DNA of 64,000 bases, from positions 2,400,001-2,464,000 of the forward strand of contig OZ253442.1 in NCBI GenBank assembly GCA_965261085.1, written 5' to 3'. Each line of letters starts with the position of its first letter. Positions within the stretch are counted from its first letter, which is position 1. Both the position numbers and the translations under genes were made by a program. The notes under the pieces were generated by a model. The model ran no database searches. It had not been told where the DNA came from and worked only from the letters and a program-made list of their open reading frames with translations. Source of the stretch: a bacterium (GTDB lineage: Bacteria > UBA8248). This document shows positions 39,358-49,977 of this stretch, one piece after another.

Positions 39358-41823
39358 CTACGCTGCTCCCTCATCTTCGAGACTCTCAAGCGCAAGAAAC
39401 AAAGCGATCGGTACCAACTCTATGTAGTTCGTTCGCCCAGAAGTGATAAGCAACCGATGGACGCTGTTCATGCCAAAGCCGACCTCCGGCGCGGAAAACT
39501 CGATGCGCCGTCGAAATCGCGCGGACGGACCCGTTGTTGTTGTGCACGTATCCCACTCGATTTCCGCTTTCAGTCTAGCGTTCTCCAGGCACGCCGCGAG
39601 GTGTCTCGCAAACTCATCCACATCGGCACCCTCGTCGAGTGTCAGAGCCGCATTCCAAATGCGCCGGAAGGCCCGCCTCATTCGGCCTAACTTTCCGGCG
39701 TACCTAGTCTCCAAATTGATCAGCGGATCGGCTTCAATCATAAAGGTTAGGTTCTCCAATTTTTCAGTGACCGGCGCCAAACGAGAACGTTGACCTGCAT
39801 GCATAGGTGCGCTCGCTTGTTCGTGAAGTTGCCTCCAACAACCCGGTTCGTCAGTATAGATGGCAGACCCAGTCAAATGGGCGACGAACAGAGCCAACTC
39901 AAGACTTATGCCGCGAAGCATTTGAACTTCCCCACCGTCTATGCCAGCTGGAACGGGTTGGAGTAGCGCTAACTGATCGCACGCCAACTCCTCCTTCATG
40001 TACTCGATTGTAAGTTCAAGTAACTCTGGATTGATGTCGGGTTGACTATGGCGAACTCGCCGCCTTAACTGTTCCTCCGGCTGCCGCAATGTCACTCGTT
40101 CGAATTCATCTCTGAGCAAGGCTTCTCCCAGTTGCATTTCTTCCTTCTTCAGTTCCCAGTCCGCCCCGCGCTTTTTGATCATTGCCATCATAGAGCGCCG
40201 AAAATCGGTGTTGAATTCCATTGGATCTGGAACTAGATGGACAAGGCCAGCATCGATAAACGGTTGTAGCGTCAACAAAACGCTCACGTTCTTGAGCATC
40301 TGTGATTTGTGCTGTGCCGGCGATTGCGTGGGACTATATTCGGGATCGATGTACACCGGGTTCGGGAATGGGTTCATAATCACGATCTCGTCGAAGTAGG
40401 CGAGAGAGCTGATCACACTCAGAGCAATCGTTCGCGGATCAATAAGCCCCATGTAGACGGTTCGAAACACCCTCCTGTCCGGCCGTGGAAGCAGATCGGC
40501 GATGTTGGTATCCTTCGGCCACAGCATTTCCAGCTTCTCGTGGACGCTCTTCACTTGGTCATTACTCAACTCCCGCCGCACGTCCTCCCAAGTCTTCCCC
40601 TTGTTCAGTCCGAGAATGTCAACGACTGCATTGCAAAACATTAGGTTACGGTCGCGAATGCTATAGACATCCCACGGCGGCCGATTTTCAATCGCCATGC
40701 CACTGCAGCACTTCTTGTATCTGCGCCCACTACCGCAGCCGCACGAATCGTTCGGCGCAGGTGCTGTCCGCAAGGGCTTCTTCAGAAACCTGTGACTGGC
40801 ATCGGAGCGACCGAACGCATCTTGATATTGCGTTGAGCCGTCCTTATAGCCTATGTAGAGTTCCCCACCGAATTGCCAAAGCATATCGCTGGGCGGCAAT
40901 AAGACCCTGCCTATGTCCTCCCACGCAATCAACCCGGATTTTTCCGGAAATAGCCACGCCTCCTCGTACGCTGCAAGATACTGCCGCGACCTTGCCTTTA
41001 ACAGAGAATTGATCGAAACAACTTCGTCGGGCGTTAGCATCCGCGTCCGAATCATCGCGTCCGTACGAGCCAGGTTCGAGCTGGAGTATCGCGCATTCTG
41101 CCGTGGAGCAAGCAGATCGACGCCAGTTGGATCCTGGGCGTACTCAAGGTTGGTCAGGATGAGGCAATGATCAGGGTCTAGAGCGAATACCGTCTGCGTG
41201 CCATTCAGACATATCGATGGATCCTCGGGATACTGACAGGCCGAGGACGCGGGCGCGCAGGCAGAATTATAGGCCGTAACTGGATGATCGGTCACGATGA
41301 ACTTCACATCTGATTTCTCGGCCGATACGATCTCGCGCACGCACTCGACCCACATCGTACAATGCATCTGCCGTAGATGCTGCAATTCTAGCATCAGGTC
41401 AATCTGTGTCAGACTCGGATACCTGCTTTTGATCCAATCGAGACCCTTCGGGGTTCTAAGTTTCTGCGCGTTTAGATACTCAAAAAACCGCTGGAAATAT
41501 TCGTGGATTACTTGCAGATCACTACCGGCGAAAGCACGGACCGCGGATGCGCCGCTCGTATCTATCGCTCCAAATAGAAACTTCTCGATCTCGTCATTCA
41601 ACGTGCGTCCAAACCGAGTTGTATAGAGATCCCCCTCTCGAAAACTCCGCTTCGGTGAACGGAGTTCAAGCTCCTTCCCGATGATTGTGCGGCCATTAGG
41701 AATTTTAGTCTTCGGAGGATCGAGATCTAAGTAGTGGAGAGTGCTCCTCGGCCCGAGAATAAATCTCTTCTGATACCACATTGGGACATAGTGGTTCTGA
41801 CGTGCAATTCGCGTTTGGTTCAT
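39358..41823 (-). CDS. DUF4238 domain plus SEC-C motif protein
   Basis: N-terminal NHYVPMWYQKRF and FIVTDHPV; central NDSCGCGSGRRYKKCC. Confidence 0.8.
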   Translation of the reverse strand: MNQTRIARQNHYVPMWYQKRFILGPRSTLHYLDLDPPKTKIPNGRTIIGKELELRSPKRSFREGDLYTTRFGRTLNDEIEKFLFGAIDTSGASAVRAFAGSDLQVIHEYFQRFFEYLNAQKLRTPKGLDWIKSRYPSLTQIDLMLELQHLRQMHCTMWVECVREIVSAEKSDVKFIVTDHPVTAYNSACAPASSACQYPEDPSICLNGTQTVFALDPDHCLILTNLEYAQDPTGVDLLAPRQNARYSSSNLARTDAMIRTRMLTPDEVVSINSLLKARSRQYLAAYEEAWLFPEKSGLIAWEDIGRVLLPPSDMLWQFGGELYIGYKDGSTQYQDAFGRSDASHRFLKKPLRTAPAPNDSCGCGSGRRYKKCCSGMAIENRPPWDVYSIRDRNLMFCNAVVDILGLNKGKTWEDVRRELSNDQVKSVHEKLEMLWPKDTNIADLLPRPDRRVFRTVYMGLIDPRTIALSVISSLAYFDEIVIMNPFPNPVYIDPEYSPTQSPAQHKSQMLKNVSVLLTLQPFIDAGLVHLVPDPMEFNTDFRRSMMAMIKKRGADWELKKEEMQLGEALLRDEFERVTLRQPEEQLRRRVRHSQPDINPELLELTIEYMKEELACDQLALLQPVPAGIDGGEVQMLRGISLELALFVAHLTGSAIYTDEPGCWRQLHEQASAPMHAGQRSRLAPVTEKLENLTFMIEADPLINLETRYAGKLGRMRRAFRRIWNAALTLDEGADVDEFARHLAACLENARLKAEIEWDTCTTTTGPSARFRRRIEFSAPEVGFGMNSVHRLLITSGRTNYIELVPIALFLALESLEDEGAA

Positions 41824-42688
41824 TACAGTTTTTGGTTTTCCGACGCCAATTTTGGCTCGCTAATTCAACTCAATCTCTAGCTTAGTTAGTGTTCGCCTTC
41901 GCCCTAAAAGGGTATCGCTCCCACCATGATGCGCATGGTCCAGCTTTGGGTCTGATCTCATCGTAACTCCAACTCTGCAAAATCAGCAAGAGCTACCGAA
42001 TGCAGCCCGGGAGGGGTTTCTGAAAGCTGAGGAAAAGACAGGGCTCAACGCCGTGCTCGCCCGCGACGAATTCTGGTGACCGCGCATCGTCGCCACCACC
42101 CGCCCGCTGGTGCTCGCCCGCCCCTCGCGATCCGCTTTGCGGCGTGTGGAAAGGACCGGGAGCAAGCGTGAAGGTGGGTCCAAAGCGAAGCGCTCGAGAC
42201 GATCCAGCAGGCGGCGTCATACTCAAAGAAGCGTTTCCCCACCCTTTTCGGATACGGGACCATAGCCGTCCGAGGAGAACAGGCGCGCCATACAGGTCGA
42301 TTTAGACAAAAATTTCCCAGTCAATTACGCGCTGCGAAGCGACTGGGTAGACATGCTCTAGCGCCGAGTGGACGATGATTTTCTTAATCCGATGACGTCC
42401 TGGGACAATTGCTCTTCGGAGGAGCGCTGCATAATGGTCCCGACGCGGGAAATTATTCGGCCGGGCCGAAATAGAATGTACCACAGCATCGGCTTGGTCG
42501 AGCTTGACGGCGGGTTCACGAACATGATGACTAGGTTGAGAATGCTAGTCGTGTACCGTAACCACTTGATTCTCCTCTCCTGCCGCCTTTGAATTGCGAA
42601 GGCACCGAGCCAATCCGACTATGGTCGGGCAGACCACAGAAACGACGCTGGCCTCCACGACGTCATCACCTCACGAACGAACGTTCAC

Positions 42689-42864
42689 CCGACACGGGCT
42701 CGCCTGTATGCGCAGGCGTTATAATTGCTCCGCTTTCGATTTGATTACGGATGCCAGTAGGCGGATTCCGGACAAAACTGGGAGTAACGATTATTTCCCA
42801 ATGATATCAACAGGATATAAGGATTCCTTCGCCGATAAAAAAACTTCTCCGCCTCTATGCGGGC
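42689..42864 (+). repeat. 176-bp intergenic repeat, copy 1
   Basis: CCGACA...GTTATAAT..CCGCTT....TTTGATTAC...TATCAAC...GCGGGC. Confidence 0.85.
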
Positions 42865-42938
42865 GAGAAGTGCTTTTTTTGAATGTGCTAATCTGACAAA
42901 TCCTGAGCACTGGATAGCAAGTATGTAAGTAACAAACC

Positions 42939-43200
42939 ATGAGCGATGTATTCGTCTTAGGCGCGGGATTCTCCAAAGCCACCTAAGAAGCAATGCCAAT
43001 AATGGACGAGTTAAGCAACGAGGCCCTCGGACGCCTTGGAGAGCTTGACTCATCTGTACCGCATTCATTGGAGAAACTTGGCAATAATGCCGAGCTTTGG
43101 ATGACCTATTTATCCAAGCCCAGCCTTGGCTTAAAAATTACGATAATGATCGTAATCGCTCGATTGCTAGCCGGATTCGTCAACAGATAAAAATACATTA
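42939..43200 (+). pseudogene. SIR2-like protein 5' remnant
   Basis: MSDVFVLGAGFSKA, followed by a stop and frameshifts. Confidence 0.6.
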
Positions 43201-43325
43201 TCTCGTTCACCTAACCTTCGCCGTTGCTAACGCCCTCGGCGGCGCCATCCGAACCACCGGCCTTGAACTCAACCAAGAACAAGCCAATCCCCATCTTTGT
43301 GACAACCCAAAAATCGCTGCTTAGA

Positions 43326-44030
43326 CTAAATAGACCGACCTTCCCCCGGGCCTGTGCCTGATTTTGATCCATCAATTTTCTGGTGTTCTTCTTGTTTCTC
43401 TACCGAATGTCGGTTCATGGGTTGCCCGAAGAGTTTCCGATAACCCGGGAGGCAGGTACAGTCTCTTGCCCGTTCGCTGCCGAGGAGATTAATTATGTGC
43501 TCGGTGCTTTCGACGGGGACGCGCATTCTCCCATTGAGAAGCGCCAGATACAGAGCTTCGATAGCAGCAGTGTTCCCCAAGGCAGAAGTTACAGAGGCAT
43601 GGCAGAATAGGTCGATGGACCAGCCCGGTTTTCGCCCACACAGGACTTGGATGGCTTGTGCTCGCCCCTTTCGATCATCTATTAGTGGAAGGAACTGGCG
43701 TTTGGCCCCAATCGCAATCGTCGCGGCTTCACCATCGTCGAGGGATGGGGAGCCGGAGGTGAGATTGGCGAAGAGTGCATTCTCCTGGTCAGACATTTCG
43801 CCGAGCGTCACCTTACCTCCGGCTATTAGGCCATGTAAAAAACCGTGTTCGCCCTTATTGCGGCTCGTTTCGTGTTCGAGCTCCGCGGCTACGACCTGCG
43901 GAACAATGATGCCGTTGGGAATAGCCGCTAGAATACGCTCGCCGTAGCTACAGGCGTAGAGGTTAATCAGAACACTCGTATCGAGAACCAGCGGTCTAAG
44001 GTCATCAGCCAGGGAGTTTGAGTAGGTCAT
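43326..44030 (-). CDS. PIN-domain protein
   Basis: LVLDTSVLINL, V..EL, LDDGEAATIA, IDDRKG. Confidence 0.8.
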   Translation of the reverse strand: MTYSNSLADDLRPLVLDTSVLINLYACSYGERILAAIPNGIIVPQVVAAELEHETSRNKGEHGFLHGLIAGGKVTLGEMSDQENALFANLTSGSPSLDDGEAATIAIGAKRQFLPLIDDRKGRAQAIQVLCGRKPGWSIDLFCHASVTSALGNTAAIEALYLALLNGRMRVPVESTEHIINLLGSERARDCTCLPGYRKLFGQPMNRHSVEKQEEHQKIDGSKSGTGPGEGRSI

Positions 44031-45195
44031 CCGTCTCGCTATCCTCAAGCTCGATCTGATCGATGATATTCCGCAGTTCGACGCGACCAACCTTAAGTAG
44101 TTCCGTCAGTTGGCCTTCTGACATGAGGCCACGTTTCCAGGCGGCATGGACCATCAGGCTCATCCGGTGGGAAATCGGACGGTCGGCGTCGGTCTTAGCA
44201 GGGTCAGGTCGATTGGCCATCTCGCCAAGCACCTCCCGCACGTGAGCCTCCGTAATGCTGCCGTTCTTCTCAAACCACTCCCACGTCCCTTTTTTCGTAA
44301 TGCCAAGCTCCTCCAGACGTAGTACGCATGCCTGGCGGGAGATATTGTATTGCTGGGAAAGTAGAATGATCAGCCGTCGGGTGGTCTTGCCAGTGATCTC
44401 TTTCAATTGCCGGAAGCTTTCTTTGAAGCTCTCGGCGGGCGTCAACAATGCGCGACCAAAGGCATTGGCGTAGCGCTCGTCGCGAGACAAAAACCTCTCG
44501 TCCTCTTTAAGTATTTCTGGAGTGTTGCGGGTCCCGTAGAAGTGGCCGAGTTCGTGCGCGGCCGACTGGATACGCCGAGGCAGTGGATGGTTGGCGTTAA
44601 GAAGAATACAGGCGCCAACGGTATCATCGTAAGTGAACAAACCCGCCACTTTTGATTTGGATGATAGGCGGCGTTGATAAAGACGAATGTCGAGACCCAG
44701 CTCTATGATCGAGAATATGTCGGCAATCGGCCCTGGACCGAGACCCAACCAGTCGCGAAACTCTTGGGCATGATTCTCGGCCAAAGTCAAAACGTTGCCC
44801 TCATTGATGCCGCGGTCCGGCGGATAGTTCCGGCGCCGCTCAATGCCGAGCATATTTTCCAACTCGACGTTCGCCTTAATCAGGTCATTGAAAAGCTGAA
44901 TGGCTTCAGCCTGATGCTTGTCCTCCGTTTCCCGCAGTCTCCGGAAGCGGGGCACGAGATCCGTATGAACGGCCTCGCGGCGGAGGAGGGCGTTCACCGA
45001 TACGCCGTAGTGGCGGGCCAACACTTGGAGCTCCTGAATACGTACACTGCGCGCCCCCTTCTCAATCGAGACCAGGGTCGGTCGTGACATGTCAATGAAC
45101 TGGGCTGCATCATCCTGTCGTATGCCCGCGTTCTCGCGCGCCAGCCGAAGGCGGCGGCCGATTTCCTGGGCGCTCAATTCATTCAGATCGGCCAT
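44005..45195 (-). CDS. XRE HTH - ImmA/IrrE metallopeptidase fusion
   Basis: RLRLARE...SRPTLVSIEKG; AAHELGH (HExxH), ERYANAF. Confidence 0.9.
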   Translation of the reverse strand: MADLNELSAQEIGRRLRLARENAGIRQDDAAQFIDMSRPTLVSIEKGARSVRIQELQVLARHYGVSVNALLRREAVHTDLVPRFRRLRETEDKHQAEAIQLFNDLIKANVELENMLGIERRRNYPPDRGINEGNVLTLAENHAQEFRDWLGLGPGPIADIFSIIELGLDIRLYQRRLSSKSKVAGLFTYDDTVGACILLNANHPLPRRIQSAAHELGHFYGTRNTPEILKEDERFLSRDERYANAFGRALLTPAESFKESFRQLKEITGKTTRRLIILLSQQYNISRQACVLRLEELGITKKGTWEWFEKNGSITEAHVREVLGEMANRPDPAKTDADRPISHRMSLMVHAAWKRGLMSEGQLTELLKVGRVELRNIIDQIELEDSETDDLLKLPG

Positions 45196-46567
45196 AACGT
45201 CCTCCCTCCATCCAGCTCTTCAAGAAGCTTTGTTCTCCTTGGGCGGATAAAAATGCCCGCCATTCTTCCGCATGCTTCACCAGTAGAGTTCTCAGATTCT
45301 TCAGAGTATCTTGAAAGGTCGCACCGGTTGCTGCCGCGATTTCCCATACATGCACACGGAGTTCGTCATCTGGCAGAACTGCCATATCGGCTAGATGTTG
45401 CAAATGCCGCGCACCGACGCTGCCATACTCGACCATAATGTTCCGGTCGGCATTCTGCGGGATGATGGATAAGGCCTTGGTCACATCCGAAGTACTCAGA
45501 TCAGAAACCAAGTAGGTGGCTGGCATCTCGGTGACGGCGGCTGCGTGCAGACTCTGGCGTCTGAGCAGGCAGGCTGCGCATAGGCCGCAATGCTTCTTGC
45601 TGCCCCCGCTGTTCACGATTCGGCGGTTTTGCCAGCAGGAGCGCGTGCTGGTGAGGTCGTGTTCGCGCTTACCAGGAAGGTCCAGAAATGCCTGTAGCGT
45701 CTGGCCTTTCGTGTACCATAGGCGAGGCTGTTCGTAATAGACCTGATGGCGTAACAGCGTCTCAATGAACCGCTCCATCTTCCGGAAAAACGTCGGGTAG
45801 TTGCGGTAATCAGGGTAGATATTGTGAAGAGGCAGCAACACTGGGCCTAAAGCGCTCTGACCGCTCTCCGAAACCGTGATTCGGGTTACATTCGACAAGT
45901 GAGCGGCAATCGTCGTTACTGCCGCAAACTGAAACCCACGAGACCGGAAACTACTCTCGTTGCTCCGGTGTCCATGAACTTTGAATGGGATCTGAGAAAA
46001 GTAACTGTCACCGGTCTTCCTACGTTGGCGAAATTTTGTGAGCCGGATGCAAAGTGCTTCATCCCTATCCCCACTCAAAGCAGCGACTGCACGCGAGTCC
46101 AATCCGTCACTATAGGCGATAGCGAAGGTCTTAGTGTTCGGGAAGTTTAGAGCGCCTTGGCGCTCGCCAATCGGAGATGGGTTTTTCGCCTGCACGAAAG
46201 TCAATTTCCAATCATCACACGTAAGGTGACGTAGCACGTTATGGAGGCTCTCCTGCACTTCGTGATTTTGCCAAGTCTCAAGGTCAATAACCGGAACCAT
46301 CACGTGCAGGTTGCGATTCCAGCCCCGTGGGCGCTTCCAGCGACGGTCGGCAAACTCAATGGCCGCGCACAATACCAACAGGTCGTAGTGCACCGGCAGA
46401 AAACCCTTTACATCGAAGGTATCGAGAACAGTCGCGTTGAAGGTGATTTCTCGGCTAACCATAGCCGTCTCTACATCTTTCGGGCAGATATGGTCGGGCC
46501 TTTGGCCTTTCTCAATGACGTGCAGACGCTTGGCTTTCGTTTGTGAACCATTTAGTTCGGTGCTCAT
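45179..46567 (-). CDS. QueC-like (7-cyano-7-deazaguanine synthase fold, QatC-like) protein
   Basis: PP-loop AYSDGLDS, RSRGF, ESGQ, TKGQ, SCW...HCGLCAACLLRR; 462 aa with an extra N-terminal domain. Confidence 0.85.
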   Translation of the reverse strand: MSTELNGSQTKAKRLHVIEKGQRPDHICPKDVETAMVSREITFNATVLDTFDVKGFLPVHYDLLVLCAAIEFADRRWKRPRGWNRNLHVMVPVIDLETWQNHEVQESLHNVLRHLTCDDWKLTFVQAKNPSPIGERQGALNFPNTKTFAIAYSDGLDSRAVAALSGDRDEALCIRLTKFRQRRKTGDSYFSQIPFKVHGHRSNESSFRSRGFQFAAVTTIAAHLSNVTRITVSESGQSALGPVLLPLHNIYPDYRNYPTFFRKMERFIETLLRHQVYYEQPRLWYTKGQTLQAFLDLPGKREHDLTSTRSCWQNRRIVNSGGSKKHCGLCAACLLRRQSLHAAAVTEMPATYLVSDLSTSDVTKALSIIPQNADRNIMVEYGSVGARHLQHLADMAVLPDDELRVHVWEIAAATGATFQDTLKNLRTLLVKHAEEWRAFLSAQGEQSFLKSWMEGGRYGRSE

Positions 46568-47139
46568 TCGTCGGGGCCCTCATCCACGCCCACTTTCATT
46601 CGAGTGACTTGCCTGAAGGCGCGTCCGTTGTCGGAGACCAGGGCGTCGCAGAGCTCGTTTGGTCTTATGGCACCAAAGGCTTCGTGGTTGCGCTCGATTC
46701 CTTTACGATAGTTCTCATGGTTCATGTCGCCGAGGTCACGAGCACGGATGCACTGCTCATCGAGTCGATTCTTGGTGATGCCGATCGAGTCCGTAACGGC
46801 GCTCAATATCGCCTGCCCCAGTGCTCTCTCGCCAGGAATCTGTTCTCGGAGGTTGGCAATCAGGTGTTTCTGGAGGATATTAGTTAGAGGCGGTTTCGCC
46901 TGGCCGTCGAAGATGGCCTCGACTGAGGAAATCGAGTCCATATCCATCTGTGGCCGCTGAGCGTGTGCTTTGAGTTCGTTCAAGAGCGCGCCAAACGCTT
47001 TCATGTCCACATTGCCGAGCATGCTGTGGCACGCCTGGGCGGCTCGTTCTTCCGAACTTACAGCGTCGTTCACGAGATCTTTGCCATACCGCTTCCATCG
47101 GCTGCTCAGCGCAGCGTTTCTGAACGGTCCATCCGTCAT
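46564..47139 (-). CDS. Hypothetical helical protein, first gene of the QueC-like operon
   Basis: GGAGG RBS before MTDGPFRN; ATGA overlap with the QueC-like start. Confidence 0.7.
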   Translation of the reverse strand: MTDGPFRNAALSSRWKRYGKDLVNDAVSSEERAAQACHSMLGNVDMKAFGALLNELKAHAQRPQMDMDSISSVEAIFDGQAKPPLTNILQKHLIANLREQIPGERALGQAILSAVTDSIGITKNRLDEQCIRARDLGDMNHENYRKGIERNHEAFGAIRPNELCDALVSDNGRAFRQVTRMKVGVDEGPDE

Positions 47140-47148
47140 CACAACCTC

Positions 47149-47187
47149 CATTGTCAGTATATTATTTTAATATACTGACAATGTCAA
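47149..47187 (-). promoter_or_regulatory. Perfect 16-bp palindrome overlapping a sigma70-like promoter
   Basis: CATTGTCAGTATATTA-TTT-TAATATACTGACAATG (47149-47183); minus-strand TTGACA-N17-TAATAT. Confidence 0.7.
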
Positions 47188-47316
47188 TATTTAAATTCAA
47201 GAACTGATATATTTTCACGCGGGACGTTCTAAATCGAGCGCTGGTCACTCCGAGGTCCAACAAGGGATTCCGAGGAGTTTGTCCCGGTATGTACGAGGCG
47301 CTCATGATAATGAGAA

Positions 47317-47565
47317 CGGACCGTCGAGCACGACCTGCCGGGAGAAGTCTCCTTCCTGAGGCGCTACGATGCGTTTCGCAGGGAGCTGAACCTGGTGGTC
47401 GACATACCGGAGAGGTTGTCTGACCTTCTGTTCCGGTTCCTGCACCGCAATGGCGGCAAACTAATCCGCCGAGGCCAGGAAAAGGAACTCGCCGCGCTGA
47501 CCGATGACGAGGCAGCGCGAATCGAAACGATTTACCGCGAGGTGTTCGCCGATGCCGGGGCTTGA
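47317..47565 (+). pseudogene. C-terminal remnant resembling Fic-family proteins
   Basis: DLPGEVSFLRRYDAFR...VDIPER..DLLFRFLHRNGGKL...LTDDE..RIE.IY*; no 5' part. Confidence 0.55.
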
Positions 47566-47625
47566 AACAGATGGCCTTGTGACCGGTCTACCCAGCCGGC
47601 CGAGCGGTAGTGGCTTCGGTAGACG

Positions 47626-47801
47626 ACGACACCGCCTCGCCTGGATGCGCGTGAGTTTGAATTCGCCCGCTTCCGTTTTGATTACTTATTACAGATAAGC
47701 GAATCCCCAACGAAGCTCCCAAAAACAAATATCCATAACAGTCTCAAGAAACTACAAGGACTTCAGAGCCGTTGGATACACCCCACCGTCTCTAAACGGG
47801 C
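47626..47801 (+). repeat. 176-bp intergenic repeat, copy 2
   Basis: CGACA...ATTCGCCCGCTTCCGTTTTGATTAC...GCCGTTGGA...AAACGGGC. Confidence 0.85.
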
Positions 47802-48022
47802 GAAAGAGGGCAAAAATAGTCTTTCAGCGATTGACGTTCTGCCTGAATCACTCGGATGCCGATGAATATGACAAACAACCGAGTGCTGCGTCCGTATCCA
47901 AAGAGCGGGAATGGCTACTGGGGACGGATCCTAGGAAGGCACTGAAGCCGAAGGCGGTAAGTAGCGAACTTGGGCAGTATAGAAGCGGTTTTTTAATGTG
48001 GCACGCTAATGGAGCGTATCCT

Positions 48023-48955
48023 TTAGCTAAAGTTTGCGAAGAACGGCATGACCACCCTCTTGGTAGTCAAGGCTCTTTCTGGATAGAGCAAGATTAGGAT
48101 GTTGTAGGTCGTATCAAACGCTTCGGCGACACACTCATGTTGCTCACCGTTAATGTCGGTAATCGGGAGCGAAACGGGTTTTGTCATTCTGCGGCCAACC
48201 GGAAGCACCTGCCATAGAAAATGATCTGGCGTGACTGCATCGACAGTAGGTCGTCCGAATTGGGCAAGAAAAGCGGGCGAGGGTTCAATGCGTCGCACTG
48301 GCGCCCGGAACCCGGAACCTTCAATGTTCTCCATTGGGTCTAGAACAAAAACGACGCACGCTCTGTGGCTGGTGCGGGCAAATTCGCGTGTGGAGGCATA
48401 AATCGAGGCCCCAAATGTCCTGGCGAGTCTGATCGGTGTCTTGATCTCGAATGGGCAATCGGCGGCTTGTTTGGCGAAGGTGTTGCCCTTGAATAGTACA
48501 AAGCGCGCATAGTTGTTGGCTTCACGCTCAAATTGGTCGGCGACCTCGGGCTCTAGAGTCCTTTTGCAGTCCTGGAATATTCGAAACATCTTGCGGTGGG
48601 TCGGCATATCGTGATGTCCGGTTTCATGAAGCTTGAGAAAGGTCTGTTTTGATTCGACTACGGAATTATCAATATGGATGACGGTCTCACCCGCATCATA
48701 AAGCCCGAAAACCTTGCTTATCGCCGACTTGATTCGAACAGTAGTGTCGACGGTCTTGGCTTTAAGGTAAGAGAGTATGGCATCGGGGTCGAAAGCATTA
48801 GTGGGGACAATACCGACCTTTGCTGCAGTAAGAATGTCGTCGATTGGGGCCGGGAACCGGTTCCAGGCATCCGCGCGGTCGAGGAGTTGTCTAGCTCGCC
48901 CCTCGACCACGCGGAGATCCTCCGGGTCGAGAGCGCTGTCATCAGGTCTTGTCAC
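48023..48955 (-). CDS. ImmA/IrrE-type metallopeptidase (CapP-like)
   Basis: KLHETGHH (HExxH), FEREANNYA; start overlaps the HTH gene end. Confidence 0.8.
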   Translation of the reverse strand: MTRPDDSALDPEDLRVVEGRARQLLDRADAWNRFPAPIDDILTAAKVGIVPTNAFDPDAILSYLKAKTVDTTVRIKSAISKVFGLYDAGETVIHIDNSVVESKQTFLKLHETGHHDMPTHRKMFRIFQDCKRTLEPEVADQFEREANNYARFVLFKGNTFAKQAADCPFEIKTPIRLARTFGASIYASTREFARTSHRACVVFVLDPMENIEGSGFRAPVRRIEPSPAFLAQFGRPTVDAVTPDHFLWQVLPVGRRMTKPVSLPITDINGEQHECVAEAFDTTYNILILLYPERALTTKRVVMPFFANFS

Positions 48956-49307
48956 GCGCCCGCCTCCTGCTGCGCAAGAACTCAAGGTACTCCATCAACT
49001 CGGATTCTTCTTCGGGCGTCAAATTATACTCGGCGAATGTCGCCACCCGGCCGTGACGGTCATCGTCTGTACGTTTGGCCAACGACATGAGATAGCCAGC
49101 CTTATCCATGAGGTTCTCAAAGCTGACCACATAGATTTCGGCCAGGGAATGAAGGATGTTGGGAGAAGGTTTCCGGATTTTGTCATTTTCGATCTGGCTG
49201 AGATAGGCATTCGATACCCGCTTGTTAGTCGCCTCCTCGACTTCGCGCAATGTCATTTTGCGATCTGTACGAATAGAAGCGAGGTATTGTCCTAGTGTTG
49301 GCTTCAC
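48942..49307 (-). CDS. XRE HTH regulator (CapH-like)
   Basis: MTLREVE...VSNAYLSQIEN..IRKPSP.IL. Confidence 0.88.
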   Translation of the reverse strand: MKPTLGQYLASIRTDRKMTLREVEEATNKRVSNAYLSQIENDKIRKPSPNILHSLAEIYVVSFENLMDKAGYLMSLAKRTDDDRHGRVATFAEYNLTPEEESELMEYLEFLRSRRRARDKT

Positions 49308-49689
49308 GTTGCTCCCCTCCGTAGCGGGGCGGACATAGCTTCAACTCCCTGAAATGAATTGATAGTTAAAATTCTAGCTTCGATCGCTGGGCGAGTCAAG
49401 CGTGCTCGATTATTGCTTGATAAATATAGCACGCTGTGGAATAATAGCACCATGCCTGAACCATGGTGGTGCAGGTAGTGACTCTTCAAGGAGATAAACC
49501 ATGGAAATATCTCCTGATCTTGCCGTATCTGGGAGCGAAAATATCGAACAGGAGCCAGCATAATATGTCCTCTTTCTCTCTGGACCACATGTGGTGCCCT
49601 CCAATGAATTTTATCCAATTACTTGAATGTCGGCAGAACGTGCCCAAACAGATTACGGTGACGCATAGCCATAGGAAAGGAACACAGCC

Positions 49690-49977
49690 ATGAATGATAA
49701 GCCTGAATACCCAATTAATAAGCCTGTCGAGCCCGGCAAGACGGTTACGATCATCGTAAACGGCGTCGAAAAACCGGTGGAAGCAAGGTCTGAGCTGAGC
49801 TTCGACGATCTTGTTTTGCTCGCTTTCAACGAAAAACCGGGAAACCCGAACATCGTATATTCGATCACTTATACGAAGGCTGAAGGTGCCCAAGACGAAG
49901 GTTCATTAGCCCCTGGTAAGAAGGTTAAAATCGTAGATGGAATGATTTTCGATGTCGACAGAACTGATAAATCTTAA
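49690..49977 (+). CDS. Ubiquitin-like (multi-ubiquitin domain) protein
   Basis: VTIIVNG...LSFDDLVLLAF...YSITY...GSLAPG..VKIVDGMIFDV..TDKS. Confidence 0.85.
   Translation: MNDKPEYPINKPVEPGKTVTIIVNGVEKPVEARSELSFDDLVLLAFNEKPGNPNIVYSITYTKAEGAQDEGSLAPGKKVKIVDGMIFDVDRTDKS

Noticed and set aside
41900-42680. Short ORFs before repeat copy 1
   Set aside because: No recognisable domain; probably degraded sequence.
45179-46567. Housekeeping queC
   Set aside because: About twice the normal length, has an SDGLDS variant, no other que genes are nearby, and the context is defence-like.
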